DNA from: a virus | Virus record (IMG/VR): IMGVR_UViG_3300042898_001439 | Coordinates: 1-64,000 of that record | Strand: one strand, 5' to 3' | DNA length: 64,000 nucleotides | The notes under the pieces: generated by a model | What the model saw: the letters and a program-made list of their open reading frames with translations, nothing else | Database searches by the model: none | Told to the model about the DNA's origin: nothing | Shown here: piece by piece, positions 18,739 to 26,358 of the stretch | How the letters are laid out: every line of letters begins with the position of its first letter | Numbering within the stretch: the stretch's first letter is position 1 | Program-made: the position numbers and the translations under genes

Positions 18739-18769
18739 GTGACCGTCCCTGGTATCTGGGGACGGTTAC
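18739..18769 (+). promoter_or_regulatory. 14-bp intergenic hairpin without a U-tract
   Basis: GTGACCGTCCCTGG-TAT-CTGGGGACGGTTAC. Confidence 0.55.
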
Positions 18770-18789
18770 CCAACTCAAAACTTTAAATC

Positions 18790-19125
18790 ATGAACAGAAA
18801 AGACTTTTTTAATTACGTTGACTTCGTTAAAGAACGAACCTCTAATGTGCTACAAGCAAAAGGTGATGAGTATTCTTACAACTTAGGAGCCTTTGAAAAC
18901 TTTGAAGAAGGTGTTTCTATTGGTTTAGCTAATACCAGAGAGGCTATTGCTTGGGGTTACGTTACCAAACACATTCAATCGGTACGTGCTCTTATTAGAG
19001 AGGTTGATAGCGGCAAAGAAGATCATCTTACAGACAAACTGATTGATGAAAAGTTTGGTGATGTCATCAACTACATGATTCTTATTGAAGCAATGTTGAA
19101 AGAAAGAATTCAAATAAATAATTAA
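18790..19125 (+). CDS. all-alpha NTP pyrophosphohydrolase-like / nucleotide-modification-associated domain (DUF1599-like)
   Basis: KGDEYS, FENFE, WGYVTKH and EKFGDVINYMIL motifs. Confidence 0.65.
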   Translation: MNRKDFFNYVDFVKERTSNVLQAKGDEYSYNLGAFENFEEGVSIGLANTREAIAWGYVTKHIQSVRALIREVDSGKEDHLTDKLIDEKFGDVINYMILIEAMLKERIQINN

Positions 19126-19127
19126 TT

Positions 19128-19295
19128 ATGGAAATTGCATTAGCCGTTGTTGGCTTTATTACCGCTGTCGTATATTTGGGTATCTTACTCAACGTAAAGA
19201 AAGACATCAAAACTTTGAAAGAAGAATTTGAAGATTTAAAACAAAAGCAAAAGCGTCAGTTTTATTACAATAAGAATAAGAAAAGTAACATCTAA
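19128..19295 (+). CDS. small membrane protein (55 aa; not in the ORF track)
   Basis: MEIALAVVGFITAVVYLGILLNVKKDIKTLKEEFEDLKQKQKRQFYYNKNKKSNI: TM plus coiled coil, starting 2 nt after the upstream stop. Confidence 0.7.
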   Translation: MEIALAVVGFITAVVYLGILLNVKKDIKTLKEEFEDLKQKQKRQFYYNKNKKSNI

Positions 19296-19296
19296 A

Positions 19297-19395
19297 GGTA
19301 GACCTTAAAAAGGGCCCTTCCGTATCTGCGTGAACGGCTTAGCTGGGCCCGGGTCTACCCCCTTAATTGCATGCCGTGCATACTCCGTATGGAGG
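19297..19395 (+). ncRNA. candidate structured RNA element (strand uncertain)
   Basis: GC-rich nested stems GGTAGACCT/GGGTCTACC, GGGCCC/GGGCCC and CCGT/ACGG, plus two 3' hairpins. Confidence 0.45.
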
Positions 19396-19436
19396 AAAAA
19401 AGAAGAGAGGGTTAATAGCCCTCTCTTTTTATTTTT
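19396..19436. terminator. bidirectional terminator at the convergence of the two modules
   Basis: A-tract, AAGAGAGGGTT-AAT-AGCCCTCTCTT, T-tract. Confidence 0.85.
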
Positions 19437-20120
19437 CTAATCTCTAAATGTTTGATATACTTCTAGAATAGATTCTACAATTGGGTGACGGTGATTCTTC
19501 TTAAGTACAACTACTCGCACACCTTTCACTTGTTCTTCTAACTTAGAAAGAAAAGAAAATCCAGTTTCTTTTTTATTCTTAAGATCTACCTGAGCAAGGT
19601 CTCCACATATAGACATCCAGCTACCTTTACCAAGTCTACCCAATACCATTTCCATTTGTGTATGAGTAACGTTCTGTGCTTCGTCTACAATAACAAAAGC
19701 ATTAACAAAAGTTCTACCACGCATAAATGCAAACGGTAAGATTTCAATTGTACCTTCTTCTACTTCTTTATCAATCTTTTCTTTTGAATAGAGGAGGTAG
19801 AGATTGTGGTAGATTGGTGCAAGCCAGGGGTCCATTTTTTCTTTGATGTCTCCTGGGAGAAAGCCAATGTCTTCTTTAGCCACCGTTGGTCTTGTGATGA
19901 TAATCTTTTCGACTTGTTTAGTGAATAGAAGGTCCAACGCAGTTTGAACAGCAACCAAAGTTTTACCACTTCCGGCCATACCCTTAAGTACAGTAACCGG
20001 ATTTGCAAGTATAATCTCTTTAGCAAGCTTTTGTTCTTCATTCAGTGAGATATTAAACTTAATAGGATTTTTAGGGCGTCTCTTTACTTGAAACACCTCA
20101 TCGTTATGATCTCTTTGCAT
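19437..20120 (-). CDS. phoH: PhoH-like ATPase
   Basis: GMAGSGKT, ITRP, GFLPGD, FMRGRT, VDEAQN, GDLAQVD and HRHP motifs. Confidence 0.95.
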   Translation of the reverse strand: MQRDHNDEVFQVKRRPKNPIKFNISLNEEQKLAKEIILANPVTVLKGMAGSGKTLVAVQTALDLLFTKQVEKIIITRPTVAKEDIGFLPGDIKEKMDPWLAPIYHNLYLLYSKEKIDKEVEEGTIEILPFAFMRGRTFVNAFVIVDEAQNVTHTQMEMVLGRLGKGSWMSICGDLAQVDLKNKKETGFSFLSKLEEQVKGVRVVVLKKNHRHPIVESILEVYQTFRD

Positions 20121-20122
20121 TA

Positions 20123-20236
20123 TTATTGGTTCTTAAGTCTGTTTAAGACTTCTAAGTTAGATTGAATTCTTCTATTTCTTTCTAGAACCGTCTTTCTATT
20201 TGTAGATTTCGGTATTCTTTTAGTTGACTTTGCCAT
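20123..20236 (-). CDS. small basic protein (37 aa; not in the track)
   Basis: MAKSTKRIPKSTNRKTVLERNRRIQSNLEVLNRLKNQ; coupled to both neighbours. Confidence 0.55.
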   Translation of the reverse strand: MAKSTKRIPKSTNRKTVLERNRRIQSNLEVLNRLKNQ

Positions 20237-20379
20237 TATCTACCTTGACCTTTATAAGATTTCTTATAATTTTTAGAACTCTTTAATACTGAAGTTTGAG
20301 TCTTAGAGTGAATACCAGGTCGGCTTTTGGGAGCTTTTGGTTTAAAACTAGCAGCCGATTGAGCTTTAATCTTTGCCAT
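20236..20379 (-). CDS. small basic protein (47 aa) ending YKGQGR (not in the track)
   Basis: MAKIKAQSAASFKPKAPKSRPGIHSKTQTSVLKSSKNYKKSYKGQGR; the K..Y(R/K)GQGR ending recurs in small phage proteins. Confidence 0.7.
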   Translation of the reverse strand: MAKIKAQSAASFKPKAPKSRPGIHSKTQTSVLKSSKNYKKSYKGQGR

Positions 20380-20404
20380 AAGTTGGTTTAATTAAAAGGT
20401 TAAT

Positions 20405-20445
20405 GAAAAGAGAGGAACTCCAACGTAGCACGTAGGAGTCCCCTC
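20405..20445 (-). terminator. terminator-like hairpin after the endolysin
   Basis: Minus strand GAGGGGACUCCUACGU-GCU-ACGUUGGAGUUCCUC followed by UCUUUUC. Confidence 0.65.
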
Positions 20446-20455
20446 AAAATATACT

Positions 20456-21070
20456 TTACTTTACCCATCCGTAGTACTTCAGGGTTTTTTCTTTACGATC
20501 TTCTAGACCATGAGTACCTCCATTGATTCTCTTTGTAAGAGCAAGAATAGTGTCGTTATTTACACCTTTATCACAGATATCCCACAACTTATTACGATCA
20601 AAGAAGAAGATAGCAGATTCAAATGCATACTCAGTAGCAACCAGATCAGGATTAGTCATGATTTCTGGCTTCTTCAAGTATTCAGCAAATGCTTGGTAGT
20701 TAGATTTACCAGTCAATTGCAGAGCACCACGTCCACGAAACTTATATCCATCACCAGATGCTTCATCACCATTACCCATACGAGATGCATACACACGGTT
20801 TGCAATCTTTTCTGGCTTACGCTCATACTGAGCAGCTAGAGCTTCTGTAGGGAAGTACTTTTTAAAAATACCAAGCAATCCTTTAGCACTATAGTTCAAG
20901 TTCTCAGAGAAAGCTTTAAACCCTCCGGTCTCGTGAGCTGTTTGTGCAAAGAAATGTGCAGCACGTTCAGGTGTAAACTTGTAGTAAGTCATTCCTGCTT
21001 TTAGAGTGCCCGGACCAAATGCTCCATCCGCCGTAACACCCGCTTTGGTTTGTAAACTCTTTAGACTCAT
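20456..21070 (-). CDS. endolysin, glycoside hydrolase family 19, with a short PG-binding N-terminus
   Basis: FFAQTAHETGGF, ENLNYS, FRGRGALQLTGKSNY and TKRINGG; N-terminal LQ..AGVTADGAFGPGT. Confidence 0.92.
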   Translation of the reverse strand: MSLKSLQTKAGVTADGAFGPGTLKAGMTYYKFTPERAAHFFAQTAHETGGFKAFSENLNYSAKGLLGIFKKYFPTEALAAQYERKPEKIANRVYASRMGNGDEASGDGYKFRGRGALQLTGKSNYQAFAEYLKKPEIMTNPDLVATEYAFESAIFFFDRNKLWDICDKGVNNDTILALTKRINGGTHGLEDRKEKTLKYYGWVK

Positions 21071-21330
21071 TCTTCTTCTTTTTTAGCACCGAAAATCTTT
21101 CCAGCTTCAGCAATACCGAAAGCTCCCAGTGTGATTATTACAAACGAATTAAAAATTGTATCAGAAATAATGAGCTCATTGCCCATAATACCTGTTACCA
21201 CATCGGCAATAGCTGTAATACTCATTACAGTGAATGACAAGAAACCAACAATAGTCTTCTCGTTCCACTCATTATTGTCCTTAAAAATATCCCAAAAAGC
21301 CATAAACTTATTTTTTAATTGATTAAACAT
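21067..21330 (-). CDS. holin-like two-TM protein (start may be 21303)
   Basis: Two TM helices, charged tail, overlaps the endolysin start. Confidence 0.65.
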   Translation of the reverse strand: MFNQLKNKFMAFWDIFKDNNEWNEKTIVGFLSFTVMSITAIADVVTGIMGNELIISDTIFNSFVIITLGAFGIAEAGKIFGAKKEEE

Positions 21331-21353
21331 GACTGTTGGTTTTCATTGTTGGT

Positions 21354-21374
21354 TCTATATAAAATATACGAAAT
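21354..21374 (-). promoter_or_regulatory. putative late promoter motif
   Basis: Minus strand ATTTCGTATATTTTATATAGA upstream of holin/endolysin. Confidence 0.55.
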
Positions 21375-21797
21375 TTAGTCCAGAGCATCAACTATTGCCT
21401 TCTTAACAGCAACAGAAAATTCTGTTCTTTCAAACTCAAGATTCTCATCCTGAAGCTGCATAAGGGTTGCAGCAACATTTGTATTAGCTTTTCCTACTCC
21501 GTGATAAACCTTAGAGCCGATTGCAATGTCTACTTCTACAATGGTTTTCTTTTGCTTGAATTCAAACGGACCTAGACGTATACCTTGAGTTGGAGCTTTG
21601 ATGTCGGTGATTGTCACATATACCGGACTTGCACCCTCTGAAGACTGATCACACAAGGGATTTCCTTGTTGTAGAAGAATGTCTTCAGTCATTTGCTTGA
21701 GACCAAAAGTGAACTTCTGGTTATCGATACCAGCTAGATTTGCATTAGATGTCACAGTAGCAACATAAAAGCACATTGTAATAATTGAATTGATCAT
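21375..21797 (-). CDS. small alpha/beta protein, possibly CsgG/LptE-like fold
   Basis: FTFGLKQMTEDILL helix, beta strands and terminal helix FSVAVKKAIVDAL mirror the layout of the CsgG-like gene. Confidence 0.45.
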   Translation of the reverse strand: MINSIITMCFYVATVTSNANLAGIDNQKFTFGLKQMTEDILLQQGNPLCDQSSEGASPVYVTITDIKAPTQGIRLGPFEFKQKKTIVEVDIAIGSKVYHGVGKANTNVAATLMQLQDENLEFERTEFSVAVKKAIVDALD

Positions 21798-22975
21798 TGG
21801 AGTTTACCTGAGTTAATTGATTGAGTTGCATTATGTATTCCTGTACCCATTATGTAGAATTGATTTTGATTTTCAATCGTACGTGTTTGGGCGGGAGAAT
21901 ATGTATTATAATAATTAGCGTTAGGATTAGCTTCAATAGTAATTTTTTCTGCCTGAGTGAAGATGTACTTGTTATGTAGTGCATTTGTTTTTAAAAGCGT
22001 ATAACAAAAGTTTATATCCTCCCAATCAAAAGTTGAGGAGTTATTACAGTCACAAGTGTAAAAGTCCCAGTCCTGTAACGGACCTAAATTACCTTTTATA
22101 AACATCATGTAAATAAGACTGAAGTCAGTAATAGGGTGAAACTTCTGAGAGGTGTTGATTGTAACCTTGTACTGCTTATTGGTAGGATTAGAAACTACTA
22201 CCTGACCAGTTGCGTTTGTGTTCTGAGTTGATATTGTAGACCAGCTTCCTTGATTTGAAGAGGATGTAAATCTAAAAGCAGTACCGGCTGCATAACTTGT
22301 AGTCGTGATATAATTCACACCCAGCCATGCAGCACCGCTTGAAATGCCCATCTGCTCTTGATTAGAACCATCAGCAGTAAATGCGCGCATCACTACGTAA
22401 AAGACTGTAGGTTGAGTTTTTACAAAGTATAGATCCCATATCACATTTACTCCTGATTGACTGTACTGGCAGTTCCCCTCATACCTAACCCTGAACACGT
22501 CCCCCCAAGTTCCATCAGTATAGGTTTCAGTTGAAACCTTAGACATATTGTTGTCTGAGGATCCGTTATCAACCGAGGTTATGTGAATAGTAGGAACGTT
22601 TGGGTTGGTTGCATTACCCTGGTAGCCTGAACTGCTTGTAGTTCCAAATCCAAACCAAGAGTTAGAATTAACGTGACCTTGTGTATACGTTGTTGTACCT
22701 ATAGTAGGAGTGAAGCCGGATGGAAATGTTATAGCAGCAGAAGCTTCATCCGCATTAGCACTACTAAAAATTATAGTACTCCCGGCTCCCCTATTAGCTG
22801 GTATATAAGCTGTCTGAGATTGAACGGTGCCACTTAAACCTCCTGCAGTGTAATGCTCAACCGTAATAGGTATACCACTAACGTCCTGAGTTCCAATTGG
22901 AGTCAGGGTGATTGTCTGCCCTATCAGAGATAGAGGTAGAATTAACAGGAGTATTATGTTTAATTTAGAAATCAT
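21794..22975 (-). CDS. exported beta-rich protein with a dockerin-like Ca-binding loop
   Basis: Signal ...PLSLIG|Q; Ser/Thr-rich beta domain; CDCNNSSTFDWED loop. Confidence 0.6.
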   Translation of the reverse strand: MISKLNIILLLILPLSLIGQTITLTPIGTQDVSGIPITVEHYTAGGLSGTVQSQTAYIPANRGAGSTIIFSSANADEASAAITFPSGFTPTIGTTTYTQGHVNSNSWFGFGTTSSSGYQGNATNPNVPTIHITSVDNGSSDNNMSKVSTETYTDGTWGDVFRVRYEGNCQYSQSGVNVIWDLYFVKTQPTVFYVVMRAFTADGSNQEQMGISSGAAWLGVNYITTTSYAAGTAFRFTSSSNQGSWSTISTQNTNATGQVVVSNPTNKQYKVTINTSQKFHPITDFSLIYMMFIKGNLGPLQDWDFYTCDCNNSSTFDWEDINFCYTLLKTNALHNKYIFTQAEKITIEANPNANYYNTYSPAQTRTIENQNQFYIMGTGIHNATQSINSGKLQ

Positions 22976-23789
22976 AGTTACATCCTATTGAAAGTATATA
23001 GGGAGTTGCCTTACGAAACCCAATAGTTTTGTCTGAAGGAGAGTATGTGTAGCAGCTTCTAAGTTTACTACCAAACATAAATTTCTCAGTTAATTTATAT
23101 TTTAATGAAGCTCCGTAGTATGCATTAAGATTAAAATCATCCCAGTACCAGATGTCTAGTGCACCCTCAAAGTCGTCTAAATTAAAATAGTGAGTTCTTA
23201 CAGACGATAGTAAGAATAATTCGGGTCCTAATACAAATCTCTTATATTCAAATTCTTTCATTGCTATGAGCATCCCACTGTATTTTGTATAGGATGCCGC
23301 AGGATAAAATTGCTCAAATAAATAAAAATCATCGTGAGTGTTATCTCTAATAAATAAGGTATATCCAAGTTTGGTATTATTCTTAAACTCGTAAATTTGA
23401 TTAAAATAAGGGCTTACCACTACAGCCGAATGGTCAGCAAACGCTGATACTGTTACTCCGTATGTGGTTGTTCTATCTATATTCTTAAGAGTCTTAGCTC
23501 TAGTATGACTGTATCCTACTTTTGTGTACTTAAAAAAAGGAGTATTGGATGCAAATATTCCATTTGTTACATTCTCTTTACCCCATTCATAGGTTAGGTT
23601 GTAACTCAATATCCTCATATCACCTAGGTACCCAACTGATACGTTAGAGCTACTCATAACATCATTATCAAAATCAATATACTGTATTGAAGTAACATCA
23701 GATATAGTCTGAGTATTCCCAGAAGTTTGAGAATACGCCTGTATTGATACCGACAGTATAAAAATCAAGCTTAAAATAAACTTTCTCAT
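22965..23789 (-). CDS. predicted outer-membrane beta-barrel protein
   Basis: Signal ...QAYS|Q; alternating amphipathic strands; C-terminal YILSIGCNYDF beta-signal. Confidence 0.7.
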   Translation of the reverse strand: MRKFILSLIFILSVSIQAYSQTSGNTQTISDVTSIQYIDFDNDVMSSSNVSVGYLGDMRILSYNLTYEWGKENVTNGIFASNTPFFKYTKVGYSHTRAKTLKNIDRTTTYGVTVSAFADHSAVVVSPYFNQIYEFKNNTKLGYTLFIRDNTHDDFYLFEQFYPAASYTKYSGMLIAMKEFEYKRFVLGPELFLLSSVRTHYFNLDDFEGALDIWYWDDFNLNAYYGASLKYKLTEKFMFGSKLRSCYTYSPSDKTIGFRKATPYILSIGCNYDF

Positions 23790-25240
23790 AGTAACATCTT
23801 TGTTCCGGTTGATAACTGAAAGTTAAGAATATCTGCGTTGTATTGGTATGCTCCTGAGAATGAGATACTCCACTTAAACTTATCGGTAAGTTTAAAGTCA
23901 ACGCTTGCTAGGGGTACAATAAGAAACCCGGATTTGTACCATTGTCCTTCGTAGTAAAAGATATAAGGTGAGTATACACCTAGAGCCATTATGTTAGCAG
24001 ATAAAGTCTTACCCCCTTTAAAACTAGTGAATGTTCCTCCTACTACAGATAAGTTTTGAAACTCAGATTTACCTATCTGACCTAGAGTAAAATTAGCTCC
24101 GCCCATAAAAGTAAACTTCCAAAGTTTTTGTGCACTTAGCAGAGTTACTGTGTTAAACCAGTCAGATTTAAAATCAGTCATAAAAGAATTGGAACCCACC
24201 GCCATGAAATCTTTTTTCTTATAGGACCCATACAAAGTGAGATTGCTTATATTTTCTCCTGTAGTATAGTTTAGGTTGACACCTTTAATAAAGTTTTGCT
24301 TGGTGTTGACGTGAGTAACTGACGTATTGAAACGGAAGTTATCATTACGCTTACTGATGTCGTTACCATTACGGATAACAACCATGTCCCCTGAACCAAT
24401 CAGAGAACCCCTACCAATCTTTTCTTGCTTTTGTTTTGGTTTATTACCTCCACCACCTCCACCACCGGAGTCTCCAGAACTTTCTGATTCTCCACCCGAT
24501 GCTGTAGTAGTATTTTCACCGGTACCAGACCCACCGGATTCAGATGTAGAGCCACCTTGTGCAGTACCACCACTTCCGGTGCTACCGCCACCTTCTACTC
24601 CTCCTTGTGGTTGTCCTCCACCGGAACCACCAGACCCTGAGTTTCCTCCAGAACTGCCACCAGAAGAAGAACCACCAGATCCAGAGCCACCAGAGCCTGA
24701 AGAACCTGAAGAACCGCCTGTTGGAGGTTTGGTTCCAGATCCGCTTGAACTGCCAGTATTGCCACCACCGCTAGTAGCACCATTTTCACCAGTATTATCA
24801 CCTGAGTTTTCACCACCTGAACCGCCTGTATTACCTGTTGATATTGAACCTGAACTTACGCTACCCCCTCCGAGACTGCCCGCGATGGAAGTGCTAATAG
24901 AGACAATACCGCTAACACTATTTGCTGTGTTTGTACCGATGTTTGCGTTACTATTATTAGCGTTAGAAGAACCATTACCTGCACAAGGGTTGCTACCTGG
25001 AGGAAACTGAGTATTAATTTGAGCAATCCAATTTTCATAAGCTCCTGATTGAAGTTGAGCTGCTGTAAAAGTTTGGTATTGCCCAGCATAAAACATCACC
25101 ACTGTCCCAGATGTCTGAGACAGGATGACTGACTGTAGCACTCCCGTACAAGGATCCGTATAATTGTAAGTAAATGTTTGTGCTTGCAACCCTATACATC
25201 CCAGCAGAAATAATAATAATATTTTGAATTTACCATTCAT
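23786..25240 (-). CDS. predicted outer-membrane beta-barrel with N-terminal domain and long Gly/Ser linker
   Basis: Signal ...GLQA|Q; N-terminal domain with two Cys; about 150 aa G/S/T-rich linker; amphipathic strands to the C-terminus. Confidence 0.7.
   Translation of the reverse strand: MNGKFKILLLFLLGCIGLQAQTFTYNYTDPCTGVLQSVILSQTSGTVVMFYAGQYQTFTAAQLQSGAYENWIAQINTQFPPGSNPCAGNGSSNANNSNANIGTNTANSVSGIVSISTSIAGSLGGGSVSSGSISTGNTGGSGGENSGDNTGENGATSGGGNTGSSSGSGTKPPTGGSSGSSGSGGSGSGGSSSGGSSGGNSGSGGSGGGQPQGGVEGGGSTGSGGTAQGGSTSESGGSGTGENTTTASGGESESSGDSGGGGGGGNKPKQKQEKIGRGSLIGSGDMVVIRNGNDISKRNDNFRFNTSVTHVNTKQNFIKGVNLNYTTGENISNLTLYGSYKKKDFMAVGSNSFMTDFKSDWFNTVTLLSAQKLWKFTFMGGANFTLGQIGKSEFQNLSVVGGTFTSFKGGKTLSANIMALGVYSPYIFYYEGQWYKSGFLIVPLASVDFKLTDKFKWSISFSGAYQYNADILNFQLSTGTKMLL
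24445..24880 (-). repeat. Gly/Ser/Thr low-complexity coding region
   Basis: GGSSGSSGSGGSGSGGSSSGG... encoded by ccacc/agaacc-rich DNA. Confidence 0.8.
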
Positions 25241-25976
25241 ATTGGTCCATGCGTTTCATAAGGTTTACCGTGGCAACCTCTAACGCACGTTGTGTAGACA
25301 CACCCACCGTTGACTGATCAAAGCCCATAGTGGGATTCTTAAAGAAGCCCTCACCAACCTGAGTAGAAGTTCCTTGACCAGATGCAACAATATATTGAGA
25401 GTTATCTACATTAACCATCTTAATTTGAATACCGATGATGGTAGTATTAGTTTTCTGAAGTTTTCCTTTATCATAAGTTTCTCCATAAGACGTAGAAAAT
25501 TCATAGATCTCAGCGTAGACAATGTACTTAGGTAGAACTACCGAGCCTACGTTAAGCTTGGTTCTACCATCACCCATGTCATTGAGATCTTTCTCCCATA
25601 CATCAAGCATTTGATTAACGATAGCTTCTTTTTCTTCCGCATAGAGAAATCTCTGAGTTACCTCAAAGTTCTCTATAATACGGTTAGATACACCCATACC
25701 AACTCTTTTGTCTCTAAGCTCCGGAAACATCTCCCAGAGTTCTTTATTAACGTTAAGAGTGGCTATTTGAATTACTTTTTTCTCACCAGTGAATACAGGA
25801 AATGTATTTAGAGGTTGAGCTTTTTCAAATTCAGCTTGGTATTGTGTAGTAGCAATAGAAGAAGAGCAAGATGTAGCTAAACCTCCTATAGTGAGAAGGC
25901 CAACCGTGATAATCACAATTCCAAGAATACTTGCAGCTATTGCAATGTATTCTTCTTTTTTAGTTTGATGTTCCAT
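25230..25976 (-). CDS. CsgG/HfaB/FlgT-like lipoprotein
   Basis: Hydrophobic signal ending LATS|C; GMGVSNRIIENF..TQRF, KYIVYAEIYEFS and IGIQIKMVNVDNSQY fit the CsgG-family layout. Confidence 0.7.
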   Translation of the reverse strand: MEHQTKKEEYIAIAASILGIVIITVGLLTIGGLATSCSSSIATTQYQAEFEKAQPLNTFPVFTGEKKVIQIATLNVNKELWEMFPELRDKRVGMGVSNRIIENFEVTQRFLYAEEKEAIVNQMLDVWEKDLNDMGDGRTKLNVGSVVLPKYIVYAEIYEFSTSYGETYDKGKLQKTNTTIIGIQIKMVNVDNSQYIVASGQGTSTQVGEGFFKNPTMGFDQSTVGVSTQRALEVATVNLMKRMDQYEW

Positions 25977-26352
25977 CTTTAGCTGCTTTATCTTTTTTAA
26001 GTCTTGCAATACGCTCAGCAGTAGTTTCTTTCTTTTCTTCTACTGGTGCAGCAGGTTGTGCAGCAGGTACTTCACGTACAGTTTCTTTAATTACTGTAGT
26101 ATGTGACGATGCAGCTTGTTGTTGCTCAGGAACATTGATAGTAATAGCAGGACCAGATACGTTAACGCTCTGATTGTTGGACTGCTCTACAGGAGCTACT
26201 TGTTCAGTAGCGGCTCCTCCCTCTTCTTCTATACCTAGAATGGTATTGATCTGAGTAGTAGCCCAGATACCTACTCCGGTAACGGCTGTTCCTAGTACTC
26301 CTAGAATTGTTTTCTTTAAACCGGACATTCCTCCTTCTTGATCTTCGCTCAT
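25960..26352 (-). CDS. membrane-anchored low-complexity protein
   Basis: N-terminal TM (ILGVLGTAVTGVGIWA) and Gln/Pro/Glu-rich tail. Confidence 0.65.
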   Translation of the reverse strand: MSEDQEGGMSGLKKTILGVLGTAVTGVGIWATTQINTILGIEEEGGAATEQVAPVEQSNNQSVNVSGPAITINVPEQQQAASSHTTVIKETVREVPAAQPAAPVEEKKETTAERIARLKKDKAAKDGTSN

Positions 26353-26358
26353 GGTTTC

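Noticed and set aside
19297-19395. Assignment to HDV/theta, pistol, twister or SAM-SAH RNA classes
   Set aside because: Only fragmentary similarity (e.g. AACGGCUU); the required topology and conserved cores do not match
24327-25010. 227-aa Pro/Glu-rich + strand ORF
   Set aside because: Antisense shadow of the Gly/Ser linker codons
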